Translations under genes and position numbers: made by a program
Part shown: positions 14,694-26,788 of the stretch, piece after piece
How positions within the stretch are numbered: position 1 is the stretch's first letter
How the letters are laid out: each line of letters starts with the position of its first letter
Source of the DNA: Octopus sinensis
Taxonomy: Eukaryota
Assembly (NCBI RefSeq): GCF_006345805.1
Contig: NC_042997.1
Coordinates: forward strand, 79,236,001-79,300,000
Direction of reading: 5' to 3'
DNA: 64,000 nt
Notes under the pieces: generated by a model
What the model saw: the letters and a program-made list of their open reading frames with translations, nothing else
The model's database searches: none
What the model was told of the DNA's origin: nothing

Positions 14694-15089
14694 TATATAT
14701 ATAGATACATACATATATATATATATATACATACAAACATACATATATACATACCTACATATATATGCATTCGCATTATTTCCTTCTGGGGCTGGCCGAC
14801 TCAGAGCAAATCTCAGAATTAAACAGCCGAAATTTGAAATGATGAATCGGTTTCTGACTGAAGAATGAAGGCTTTGAATGACCCATCTGTTTTTTGTTCG
14901 TCCCTTCATGTATTTCACGTTATTTATATATGTAAAGTTTGATTATATACATACATACATACACACATATATATACATACATATATACACACACATATAT
15001 ATACACACATATATGATTTGATTTTGATTTTTCCAGTTTCAGCTAGAGCTGTGACCATGCTGGGGCACCGCCATTATATATATATATAT

Positions 15090-16023
15090 TGGATGAAGAT
15101 AGGTGTGTGAAAAAGTGCCACACCCTGGCAGTTGAGGGGACCTGTGGAAGAGGTAGACCCAGGAAAACCTGGGTCGAGGTGGTGAAGCACGACCTTCGAA
15201 CTCTAGGTCTCACCAAGGAAATGACCAGAGACCGAGACCTATGGAAGTATGCTGTGCGTGAGAAGACCCGGCAAGACCAGTGAGAACAGTCAAAATCAAA
15301 TCATATATCAGAAAGCAGGGGTTAAGTGACCCATCCGTTCGTGTCCGCTGTCAGACTCATCTGGCACCCGTGCCGGTGATACGTAAAAAGCACCATTCGC
15401 TCGTGGCCATTTGCCAGCTCTGCCTGGCCCCGTGTCGGTGGCACGTAAAAGCACCATCCGTTCGTGTTCGTTGCCAGCCTCGCCTGGCCCCGTGCCGGTG
15501 ACACGTAAAAGCACCGTCCGTTCGTGGCCGTTTGCCAGCTCTGTCTGGCCCCGTGTCGGTGGCACGTAAAAGCACCATCCGTTCGTGGCTGTTTGCCAGC
15601 TCTGTCTGGCCCCGTGTCGGTGGCACGTAAAAGCACCATCCGTTCGTGTCCGTTGCCAGTGACACGTAAAAGCACCGTCCGTTCGTGGCCGTTTGCCAGC
15701 TCTGTCTGGCCCCGTGTCGGTGGCACGTAAAAGCACCATCCGTTCGTGTCCGTTGCCAGCATCGCCTGGCCCCGTGCCGGTGACACGTAAAAGCACCATC
15801 CGTTCGTGGCCGTTCGCCAGCTCTGTCTGGCACCTGTGCAGGTGGCACGTAAAAAACACCCACTACACTCGCGGAGTGGTTGGCGTTAGGAAGGGCATCC
15901 AGCCGTAAAAACACTGCCAGATCTGACTGGGCCTGATGAAGCCTTCCAGCTTCACAGACCCCAGTTGACCCATCCAACCCATGCTAGCATGGAAAGCGGA
16001 CGCTAAACGATGATGATGATGAT
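15090..16023 (+). mobile_element. 5'-truncated RTE copy (ORF end + expanded 3' UTR array) in (TA)n
   Basis: ORF end DEDRCVKKC...GRPRKTW...DLWKYAVREK, then about 9 variable ~60-bp units (15330-15860) and an (ATG)n tail. TA repeats on both sides. Confidence 0.9.
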
Positions 16024-16149
16024 ATATATATGGTGACGTCGATGATCGCCTGGGGCTAAATGCATCAGTAACACCCCTACCACCCCGCCCTGTCCCTAGC
16101 CACATTCAGATGGCTGATCCCCCTTATGTCATATATATATATATATATA

Positions 16150-16660
16150 GCAATTAAGGACAACTACTTAATAAGGAAAACTTAACAAGAAATTGTCAGG
16201 TAGATAGCGTGAAAACCTCATAAGAGAATAAATTTCGAAAATAATTATTTCTTATTGAACATATTAATTTATATATAGAGGGCATTATTAAGTTTTCCTT
16301 ATTAAGTAGTTGTCCTTAATTGCTAAATTTTTATTCCGAAAAAACTTTTCCTTTCCCGAAATGCAATTCGTAAAAGTTCGCCATTTACAGGATGTAATAT
16401 ATGTAAACTCACCCATGTGCTTCGTTGATGTTGATCAGTTAGCTGATCGGCTTAAGCGGGGCAGGGTCATTTATTTATGATACATTCAGGCCTGCTGATG
16501 AATACGTAAGTATGAAATCACTGTGATACAGGTCTATATTTTTTTAATGTCTTACTTTGAAAAATTGCATTCGGTGGGATTAGTAATATTTTTGGTAGAA
16601 ATGACTAATTGTCCCTCTTAGCGTGTGGCATGTATGTATAATTATGCCCTCTATATATAA
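16150..16660. mobile_element. Non-coding hammerhead-bearing element, copy 1 (inverted fragment + forward copy)
   Basis: 16150-16287 is a minus-strand fragment. 16288-16660 is a plus-strand copy containing the ribozyme. 16150-16185 and 16288-16323 form a perfect 36-bp inverted repeat. Both ends lie in (TA)n. Confidence 0.75.
16488..16535 (+). ncRNA. Type I hammerhead ribozyme (intact core)
   Basis: AGGCCUG-CUGAUGA-AUAC(GUAA)GUAU-GAAA-UCAC U GUGA-UA^-CAGGUCU. 7-bp helix I, 4-bp helix II, near-palindromic helix III. Predicted cleavage after 16528 (AUA). Confidence 0.88.
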
Positions 16661-16673
16661 TATATATATATAC

Positions 16674-16705
<32 letters not shown>

Positions 16706-16757
16706 CGTATATATATATATATATACGTATATATATATATATATACATATATATACG

Positions 16758-16789
<32 letters not shown>

Positions 16790-18510
16790 CATATATATAT
16801 ATCGTATATATATATAATATACATATATATATACGTATATATATATATACGTATATATATATATACGTATATATATACATACGTATATATATACATACTT
16901 ATATATATACATACGTATATATATACATACGTATATATATATACATACGTATATATATATACATACGTATATATATATACATACGTATATATATACATAC
17001 GTATATATATACATACGTATATATATACATACGTATATATATACATACGTATATATATACATACGTATATATATACATACGTATATATATATATATACAT
17101 ATATAATACATACGTATATATATACATATATACGTATATATTACATACGTATATATATATACATACGTATATATATATATAATACATATATATACATACG
17201 TATATATTACATACGTATATATATACATACGTATATATATACATACGTATATATATACATACGTATATATATACATATTATATATATATATATACATATA
17301 TATATATACGTATATATATATATACATATATATATATACGTATATATATATATATATATACGTATATATATATATACAATATATATATATATACGTATAT
17401 ATATATATATACGTATATATATATATACGTATATATATATACGTATATATATATATACATATATATATATATACGTATATATATATATACGTATATATAT
17501 ATATACGTATAATATATATACATATATATATATACGTATATATATATATACGTATATATATATATACATATATATATATACGTATATATATATATATACA
17601 TATATATATATACGTATATATATATAATATATATATACATATTATATATACGTATTATATATATATATATATACGTATATATATATACTATACGTATATA
17701 TATATATACATATATATATATACGTATATATATATATATCGTATATATATATATCATATATATATATACGTATATATATATATACATATATATATATACG
17801 TATATATATATATACTATATATATACGTATATATATATATATATTATATATATACGTATATATATACATATATATATACATATACGTATATATATATATC
17901 ATATATATATACGTATATATATATACATATATATATACGTATATATATATATACATATATATATATACGTATATATATATACATATATATATATACACAT
18001 ATATACATATATATATATATACATATATATAATATATACATATATATATATACGTATAATATATATATACATATATATATATACATATAATATATACGTA
18101 TATATATATATATACGTATATATAATATACATATATATATACGTATTATATATACATATATATATACATATACGTATATATATACATATATATATACATA
18201 TACGTATATATATACATATACATATACGTATATATATATATATACATATACGTATATATATACATATATATATACATATACGTATATATATAATATATAT
18301 ATATAATATACGTATATATATAATATATATATACATATACGTATATATATACATATATATATACATATACGTATATATATACATATATATATACATATAC
18401 GTATATATATACATATATATTACATATACGTATATATATACATATATATATAATATACGTATATATATACATATATATATACATATACGTATATATATAC
18501 ATATATATAT

Positions 18511-18547
<37 letters not shown>
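16661..18547. repeat. Composite (TA)n microsatellite with CATACG/TACG interruptions
   Basis: About 1.9 kb of TA repeats punctuated by CA and CG. Source of the YIYI ORFs. Confidence 0.97.
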
Positions 18548-18548
<1 letters not shown>

Positions 18549-18998
18549 CAATTAAGGACAACTACTTAATAAGGAAAACTTAACAAGAAATTGTCAGGTA
18601 GATAGCGTAAAAACCTCATAAGAGAAAAATTTCGAAAATAATTATTTCTTATTGAACATATTAATTATATATAGAGGGCATAATTATACATACATGCCAG
18701 GAGGCATTATATATACCTGCCAAACGCTAAGAGGGACAATCAGTCATTTCTACCAAAAATATTACTAATCCCACCGAATGCAATTTTCAAAGTAAGACAT
18801 TTAAAAATATATAGGCCTGTATCACAGTGATTTCATGAAATCACTGTGATGCAGGCCTATATATTTTTAAATGTCTTACTTTGAAAAATTGCATTCGGTG
18901 GGATTAGTAATATTTTTGGTAGAAATGACTGATTGTCCCTCTTAGCGTTTGGCAGGTATATATAATGCCTCCTGGCATGTATGTATAATTATGCCCTC

Positions 18999-19007
<9 letters not shown>
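18548..19007. mobile_element. Non-coding hammerhead-family element, copy 2, with 343-bp palindrome
   Basis: Same sequence as 16150-16660. 18665-18835 and 18836-19007 are reverse complements with one substitution, one indel and no spacer. Confidence 0.85.
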
Positions 19008-19043
<36 letters not shown>

Positions 19044-19392
19044 AGTGAATTGAAGAAATGGAGTTGAACGAAGATTGAACAGAAATCCTTTTATTGCATT
19101 CTACACGTATATATATACATATATATATACATATACGTATATATATACATATACATATACGTATATATATACATATATATATACATATATGTATATATAT
19201 ACATATATATATACATATACGTATATATATACATATATATATACATATACGTATATATATACATATATATATACATATACGTATATATATACATATACGT
19301 ATATATATACATATATATATATACATATACGTATATATATACATATATATATACATATACGTATATATATACATATATATATATACATATAC

Positions 19393-19448
<56 letters not shown>

Positions 19449-19503
19449 AGTGAATTGAAGAAATGGAGTTGAACGAAGATTGAACAGAAATCCTTTTATT
19501 GCA

Positions 19504-19583
19504 TTCTACACGTGTTTCGAAAGCCACAATTTACCAAATTCCAATTGAATAAGGAGACCATATTGTGTCTTTCTCTTCAGGAA
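19504..19583 (-). ncRNA. Minimal type I hammerhead in P1 3' end
   Basis: UUC-CUGAAGA-GAAAGACAC...GUGGCUUUC-GAAA-CACGUG-UA^-GAA. Helix II pairs 8 of 9, helix III is the palindrome ACACGUGU. Predicted cleavage between 19507 and 19506 (GUA). Helix I only 3 bp. Confidence 0.75.
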
Positions 19584-21452
19584 GAAATAGGAATTCCGTT
19601 GGCAAAACAAATCGAACGAGGAGGCTCCTAAGAGCCCATGGCCAAACTGTTTATCAATGTATGTTGAAATCGGGTGGTGGGTGCGTTGAAGATATATACA
19701 GGTCAGGCAGTGGTCAATCCGGTGGGTGAGAGCACGGGGTGCGTAGATATACTTTGTGACCAAGACTAAGGTTCTGACTATTTTAAGAATATTAGGTGTA
19801 TTATATGGGGCGAGACAAAATCTACTTAGAAACATGTGTGTGTGAACTGTTCTATATGTGCGCGGCCGTAAGTTGGTAAAAAGCGCTACACAATGGTCAC
19901 TGCTGAAAAATCCGTCAGGCGGCAGAAAATATTTTATGTGTTCGTGTGTTCATTTAATCGCGCGGCCGTAAGTTGGTAAAAAGCGCTACACAATGGTCAC
20001 TGCTGAAAAATCCGTCAGGCGGCAGAAAATATTTTATGTGTTCGTGTGTTAGTCTAATCATGCTTTGTCAAAAAAAAACCTCACGTCGTCAAGACAAAAC
20101 ACCATTCGCCTAATGGGAGTAATTCCCCTTGCAAGGGTTAATCATATCTCTCTTAAAAAGCTTTTTCAAAAAATTATTTCCAAGGGCTATTTTCAGATAA
20201 GTAGGGTATCATTTATAAGCGTCATTTATAAGCAAGATAAGTATAACGCCGCCAATGGGGGCATCGAAAAGCCGACTGTAAAAGTCCGTTTACCATCCGG
20301 TCTCTGGCGAACAATATATGGAAAAGCTCAGAGACACAAAGGTTGCACTTCCTTCTGCCCCTATCAAATGGGAGGGCCACCGACAAAATTGACCATTCCA
20401 GCCTGTAGCTTGAGTTCGTATTCTTCAATCGCCATATTAGCTTGCTAAGTACCGTGGCATGGTATTTATTCACGTCGCGAAAAGTTGCGTAATGGTTGGA
20501 GATTCGTAAGGCCAATTTTGACGATGAGGCCCCGACATATGAGTAGACATCTGAGTCCGCGTAAACCTTGCATTGGTAAACGGCATTTCTGATCTTGGAG
20601 TTCCCCGACATGAACCTTATTCTATTAGGATTAGTTTCTGAAATTAGAACTGCGTTACTGTTACTATATTGATTGTGAGAACTGCAGCCGCTTACTACTT
20701 TATTTTCCACTAAGTCACTATTAACTAACGGAATAAGCCCTGATTCTTCACTATCACTCAGAGTGCTGTAATTGCTAGTGCCCGTGGTACTGCTATTGCC
20801 AGAAACGATGCTGGAGTTGCTATTGAGACTCTCTACCCTAATGAGCCGAGTTGCGCTCATCTCACTACTGCCATTGTTATCGTTAATGACATCACCCTTA
20901 TTTATATCTATACGCCTAGTATATAATCCCTGGTTGGAGCTGAGATTATCAGTCACTGTACTGGCTCTCATATCATTATTACTACTATTATTATTATTCA
21001 TAATGAGCGTTAAACCGGGAGAGGACGAAGCTGTGCCTCCGGACAAAGGTGATAGGGTCTTAATAAGCAGCCTATTATTATGGGAGGCGATTATCTGGGC
21101 GAGGTTTTTAGTGTTGGAGAAAGCTATCCTAACTTTATGCGAGTTAACCGTGGAGTAATATTTGGAATTTCTGGGGAAGTTATTGGCGATGGCTTGTTGA
21201 AACAGGAGGGGGAGGTTAGTTCTAATCTGCTTACCAAAGGGAATTACAAACCATATATGCTTATTCCTATTTATGTGATGGGTCGGGAAGCCAGCTCTCG
21301 CATTAGGGTGGGTGATTCTCAGATGAATAACGGGTTTTGGGTTAGTGTGAACTCCCCCGGACCGATAATTATCCTTGTTCGCTAAATTAAATGCGGAAGT
21401 GCCTGCCCCAGCACCTGCCGCGCTCCCGTCACTACTTAAATTATTTATGTTA

Positions 21453-24400
21453 GTTAGTTAGTTAGTTAGTTAGTTAATTTGGCTCAAAAGCAAATAGCAA
21501 GGCCATGTAGGGGGACATGGAGTTAAGTACAGGGTGGTGTTCATGTAAAGAGTTCAGGCCACTTGAGGTCCAGGGAGGCTTTGAACAAAGCGGTCGTCGG
21601 CATCTTCACCATCTCGTCTGGCAGCTTGTTCCACGGATCCGCAACCCGGACGGAGAAAGCTCCTCTCCTTCGATTGAAATGAAATCATCGCAGGTAGAGC
21701 TTTTCGGAATGACCCCGCAGCCGACGCTCCGGAGCAGGAGTGAAGAACAGCTCTTTCGAGAGGTTACACTTCCCGCTTATGATGTTGTGGGCGAGAATGA
21801 GATCACCACGGCAGCGGCGTTTTTCAAGAGAACAAAGGTCGAGCGTCCTCAACCTTTCTTCGTAGGACAAATTTTTGAGACCATGAACCATGCGGGTAGC
21901 CAGCCTCTGGACTCTTTCGAGGTGCTGTATGTCTTTGAGGAGATAAGGAGAAGAGGCTTGAATCCCATACTCCAATATGGGTCTCACCAGCGTGACATAG
22001 AGTGGCAGGAATATGGCTGCTGTGAGCATTCCGAATGACCGTCGAATCAAAAACAGAATTCCGCACGCTTTGTTGGCAGCATGGACGCACTGGGCCGAAG
22101 GCGAAAAGGAGGAATCCACCAAGATACCCAGGTCCTTTACCTGATCGGTCCTCTCCAGCAGCAGACGACCCGGCTCGAAATCAAGTTGAGTTGCAGGAGT
22201 AGAGCCGACAGGCAGATGACAGCACTTCGACACGTTCAGACACAGGTCCCAATCGTTAGACCACTTCCAAATTTGGTGGAGGCATCGACGAAGATCCTCT
22301 ATACTACCGCGAGGAGCGGCCAGTTTGATATCGTCGGCAAATAGAAGGGTGTGTTGCGTGAGGTCATCGGGCAAGTCATTTATGAAGACTAAGAAGAACA
22401 AGGGCCCAAGCACTGAACCTTGAGGCACGCCACTGCTCGCACTGGAGACGTCGGACCGCGAACCATTAACTTGAACTTGGAAGGAGCGATCTGAGAGGAA
22501 GGCACCAACCCATCGTACAATATCCGAATGGAAACTATATGCTTGAAGCTTGACAAGTAGTAGGCGGTGGTTTACCGAGTCAAAAGCTTTGGCAAAGTCC
22601 AATAAAACGATGTCACAGCATCACTATCATCGAGGATGCGCGTCACCAATTCTTCCATTACTAGTAAGTTGGTCAAGCATGATCTCTTCGGCACGAAGCC
22701 GTGTTGGGAATCAGTGATCGAGGCTGTGTTTAGGAGGTGGAGCATCATACTTTTCTTAAGGATGGTTTCGAACATCTTGCTGATTATTGATGTAAGGGAA
22801 ACCGGTCGGTAGTTAAGCGGGTCTTCGCGGCTCCCTTTCTTGAAAATTGGGCAGATTATCGTTGTTCTCCAGTCTGCAGGTATAACACCCGTCGCCAATG
22901 ACATATTGAATAGTCATGTTAAGGGCTCGCAGATGACCGGAGCCAACGCTTTGATAACCCGTGGGTGTATGCCGTCAGGGCCGTGACCCTTGTTGACATC
23001 GAGGCCTTGAATAACACGTTTGACTTGGTCCCGCGTGATGATCAATCGAAGCATTGGAGGTACCGATCTATCAAATGGAGGGGGTTCACGACCATCATCT
23101 TGTTTGAAAATAGTTGAAAAAGCCTCGGCAAATAATTGACTCTGTTGATAAGGGTCCTCAATCGATACGCCTGTTGAGTCTACCAACGTTGCAATCTGGT
23201 TGTTCAAGCGGGAATTCCGCTGGACATGGACAAAGAAGGTTTTTGGACTGCTACTGGCATTTGCCGCGATTTTGTATTCATAACTGAAGCGTTCTTTCTT
23301 TTCAATTTTCACGGCTCGGTCTCGTTGAGTTTTGTACACCTCAAAAGCTGCAGTCGAATCCAGATTTTTGAATTCAGCCCAAGCAATATCTCTGAGTCGA
23401 CATTCTCGTTTAACCTTCTTCGTCACCCAGGGCTTGTGTTTCTTCCTCTTGGGAAGTCCAACGGGAACTGCCTGGTCAGTCAAACAGATTACATATGCTT
23501 TGAGGGATGACCATAGTTCGTCAACTGAGGACAACGTCATCAGGGAACGCCAGTCCAGAAGCGCGGAAGCCTCGGTTAGGATTTCAAGATTAATTGCAGA
23601 GAAGACTCTACGTGGCAGCGAAGTAATCGTGGGCGTGGAAAAAGTTGTGTGCATGACGAACTTCAGGACCGCATGATCACTCTTGGCAAGAGGGGCGCAC
23701 ACAGATACGTCTGACACTGATCTTGGATAGCGGGAGAATACCAGATCTAGCATAGATGGCTGCTGCCCAGACCGATGCCTTGTCGGATATTCAACATGTT
23801 GCGATAGAAAACAATCTTCAGCCACGTCAAGAAGGGCCTGGCCGAACCGGGAAGATGTACAAATTGATGCGGGCCAATCGATCGTGGGAGCGTTGAAGTC
23901 GCCTAGTACCAAGCAGTCATGCGAAGCTGAAACGAATCTTATTGCTTCGAGTAGATGAGCATCGTCCTGGGGGTCGGCCTGTAGACAGCCAACACGGGCA
24001 GGCAAAACTCAGATAGGCTCAGCTTGCAATAGATGGCATCGAATTTGGTTGTAGGTTGAGCATTTGTGGGTAGAATACCGCAGGACGGTTTGTGCTCAGA
24101 CTTAACATACACAGCAACACCTCCACCTCGCCTTTTTCCTCTGTCACATCTGAAAAGGACGTAGCCCTGCAGGTGGATCTCTGAGTCCTTTACTGCTGGA
24201 GTCAGCCAAGTCTCGGTGATAGCTACCACATCAGGGGAGTCGCGTAGGACCAGTGTAAATAGTTCACTGAACTTTGGGAATAAGGAGCACGAGTTGGTGT
24301 AGACGATGCTGAGCTGTGAAGTCTGAGGGGCGGGAGTTGGGGAACAAGCAGAATAAAGGGCATCAGAGATAGCATCGTTGACGGGGGTATCAACTTCACT

Positions 24401-25228
24401 TCGATTTGCCCTCACATCACTTTCCCTGTCAGCACTACAGCATGGGACCAGAGGTAGGACTTGATTATCTGTCCATCTTGGATTCGTAAACCCTTCTCTC
24501 CCATTTGTTTTCTCATCTTTAGCTCGGATATCAGGTTCCTCCGGCGAATTCTCTCTCTTAGTGAGTATTCCTCGCGAAAACCCATATTGGGGTCCTCCCA
24601 GGCATGCGTCTGAGCTCTGTTCAGAAAGACTGAAGCCTCCCGATCAGAAGAAAAGATTACCCTTATTGGGCGTGGTCTAGAATCTGCGGTTGGGTTCGCT
24701 TGGAATCTTCCTAGCCGAGCGACCTTAAGAACACTGACATTTTCGTTCACAGAGAACAATTTTCCAACCAAAACGGAAACAAAATTAATGTCATTTTTAG
24801 GCGGTTTATGCCTGTATCACAGGTGGATTCAGCCTTGCCATATATTATTGCCGATCTTGAGTGGGCAAAAAGTTCTCTACTATGAGCTGCGGTATTCGAT
24901 TCTTCATTGGAGGATTTCGAAAGGGTGGTTTCATAGCCATCGGACTTATGTCGGCCTGTGGGGTCGATCGGAATGGATTTAGTGGTCATAATTTTCCCGC
25001 CTGGTTTGGAACTGCACTGCCTCTTCTTCGGTTTGGGGGAGCACCACTCCCCAGATGAACCCACATCGAGATCGTTCAGAATTGGTTGAGCAATGGCATT
25101 AATGGGAAGGACAAGTGAAGGAGAATCCAAACAGATTTTATCGTGATCAGGTTTCATAGCCAAATCTGCCCCTCTGGAGTTTTGACTACGTTTCTTCTTT
25201 TGGGGAGAACAACGGTCTTCAGGTGGGT
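21453..25228 (-). mobile_element. CR1-type LINE (ORF1 remnant + APE + RT) inserted in P1
   Basis: TSD TTTATGTTA at 21444-21452 and 25229-25237. (AACT)n tail. APE (VAITETWL, GDFNAP, SDHAVL) and RT (NYRPVSLTS, DFAKAFDSV, GVPQGSVLGP, FADD) with several frameshifts. Confidence 0.95.
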
Positions 25229-26749
25229 TTTATGTTATTATAGACGGCCCTATCCTGATGACCGAATGATGGCATCGGAAGGGCCGGATCAATATAAATT
25301 ACCTTCTGCCTATAACTGGCCTTGGATAGTGCGGCGTTATAAAATTCCGCTTTCTGCATAAAAATATCGGCACTAGCGGACAAGTTAGACAATCTTAGAG
25401 AGATGTTTTTAACCAAATTGTCTGTTACGGTTTTGGCATGATTGGAGAAGACACTGACATACTTCAAATTAGTGGAAGGCTTATGGTAAGGGCAGTATGA
25501 ATCGCTATTAAGGTTAAGTGTAACGTCTAGGAAATTAGCCTTGGTGAGTCCATATCAAAAACTATATTCATGCCCATTCTATTAAAAAACCTAGCTAACC
25601 TACTCTTAGTTTTCTGCACTATTCTGTTTGTGGTGTTTTGCAGGTAAAACAGACAATCGTCACGATACAGGCCGCCCGCGATCCCTGGGAATTGGTCGGA
25701 CAATTCGTAGAGAATATAGATTCCGACCAAATCGGCTATCTGCGCACTATCCGAACTACCCATAGGCACATCAAATTCATTGGGAGTATCTTTACGGATC
25801 CACAACTTATTATCAAACTTAATAAACGATTTCCTGGCAACTAAAATGATATCTATTTCTTCTCTGGTGAGGCCTGCCTTGTGAGCATGCCAAAGGGCCT
25901 TATTTAGTACACTAGGGTTAATCGAGGGGTAGAAGCTAGCGATATCAAACTGAATAAACCTAGTACGGTTCTTATTGGGGATGGAAGAGAACCACTTCAC
26001 TACCTGCGAGGAGTTGGCCCAGAGGCTGAGCTTCAGCTTATTTACTAAACTAGGGATATATTTATCTAAAATGTACTTACTGATTGCCCCGATATCAGAG
26101 CTAGCAATGCATATGAGTCTTAACGCTGGGTTGGTGTAGAAATTCGGTTTATGGTCCTTCACTATAAATCTAGGTTGCTTAGGGCTAAGCGGCTGCGTTC
26201 TCATTTGAATTCCGTGTTTAAACATTATTTCCTTAATTTCCAAGTTTACTTTCCTCAAGGTACTCCAATTAGTTGTTCTATAATTTTTCTTGATCTCTTT
26301 TCCGAGTAAATCTAGGTACTGTTTAATGGGTAACTTGTATGTGTTCCTGGTCTTGTCGGACTGGACCAGGACTCCGTCCGTTCTATTAATGTCCTTGGTA
26401 ATTTTATCTAGGTATCTGAGGTGAACATTTCTCCTGGGTGACTTCCTGAACTTAATCTTCCTAACGATGTCCGACAAGTCATCCTCAAACTTCTTCAGTC
26501 TTGGGTTAGGTGGCGGCGTATCCATTGTTTTAATTTTATATATATATATATATATATACATATATATATACACACGTATATATATATATATATACATACG
26601 TATATATATACACACATGTATATATATATATATATACACATATACATACGTATATATAATTTTAATCCAAACGGGAAACAAAAAAACAACAACAATGGAA
26701 CAATTACAGTATTATTATTAATAGGCGCTCAGGAAAAGGAAGCAGGGAG

Positions 26750-26788
26750 GTATGACGTTTCGAGCGGAGCTCTTCGTCGGAAACATAA
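26750..26788 (-). ncRNA. Minimal hammerhead variant in P2 3' end (U4C core change)
   Basis: CCGACGA-A-GAGC(UCC)GCUC-GAAA-CG-UC^. Palindromic ACGU helix III and GUC triplet, but the core reads CCGACGA instead of CUGANGA and helix I is weak. Confidence 0.6.

Larger units (their letters stand above)
19038..26536 (-). mobile_element. Penelope-like element P1 (RT + GIY-YIG), 5'-truncated, split by CR1
   Basis: RT (FDIASFYPSI, DVPMGSSDSAQ, LYRDD) at 26520-25240. Thumb/linker IWFVIPF...SHNNRLL at 21440-21050. GIY-YIG (AVYQCKV...YVGASS...LSKLIWRLK...KCNLC) ends at 20222. One frameshift near 25545. Confidence 0.93.

Noticed and set aside
13159-15860. CRISPR-like look of palindromic repeats
   Set aside because: The intervening sequences are repeated rather than unique spacers, the context is eukaryotic, there are no cas genes, and the units sit in RTE 3' UTRs.
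18728-18742. 10-nt match to 18S rRNA (AGAGGGACAA) in the retrozyme candidate
   Set aside because: It is too short to exceed chance and has no snoRNA boxes.
16580-19458. Long Y/I/V/M-rich ORFs
   Set aside because: They are translations of stop-free TA/TACG microsatellite.
20772-21385. Plus-strand ORFs opposite the P1 linker, and similar antisense ORFs over RTE, CR1 and P2
   Set aside because: They are shadows of the real minus- or plus-strand retroelement frames.
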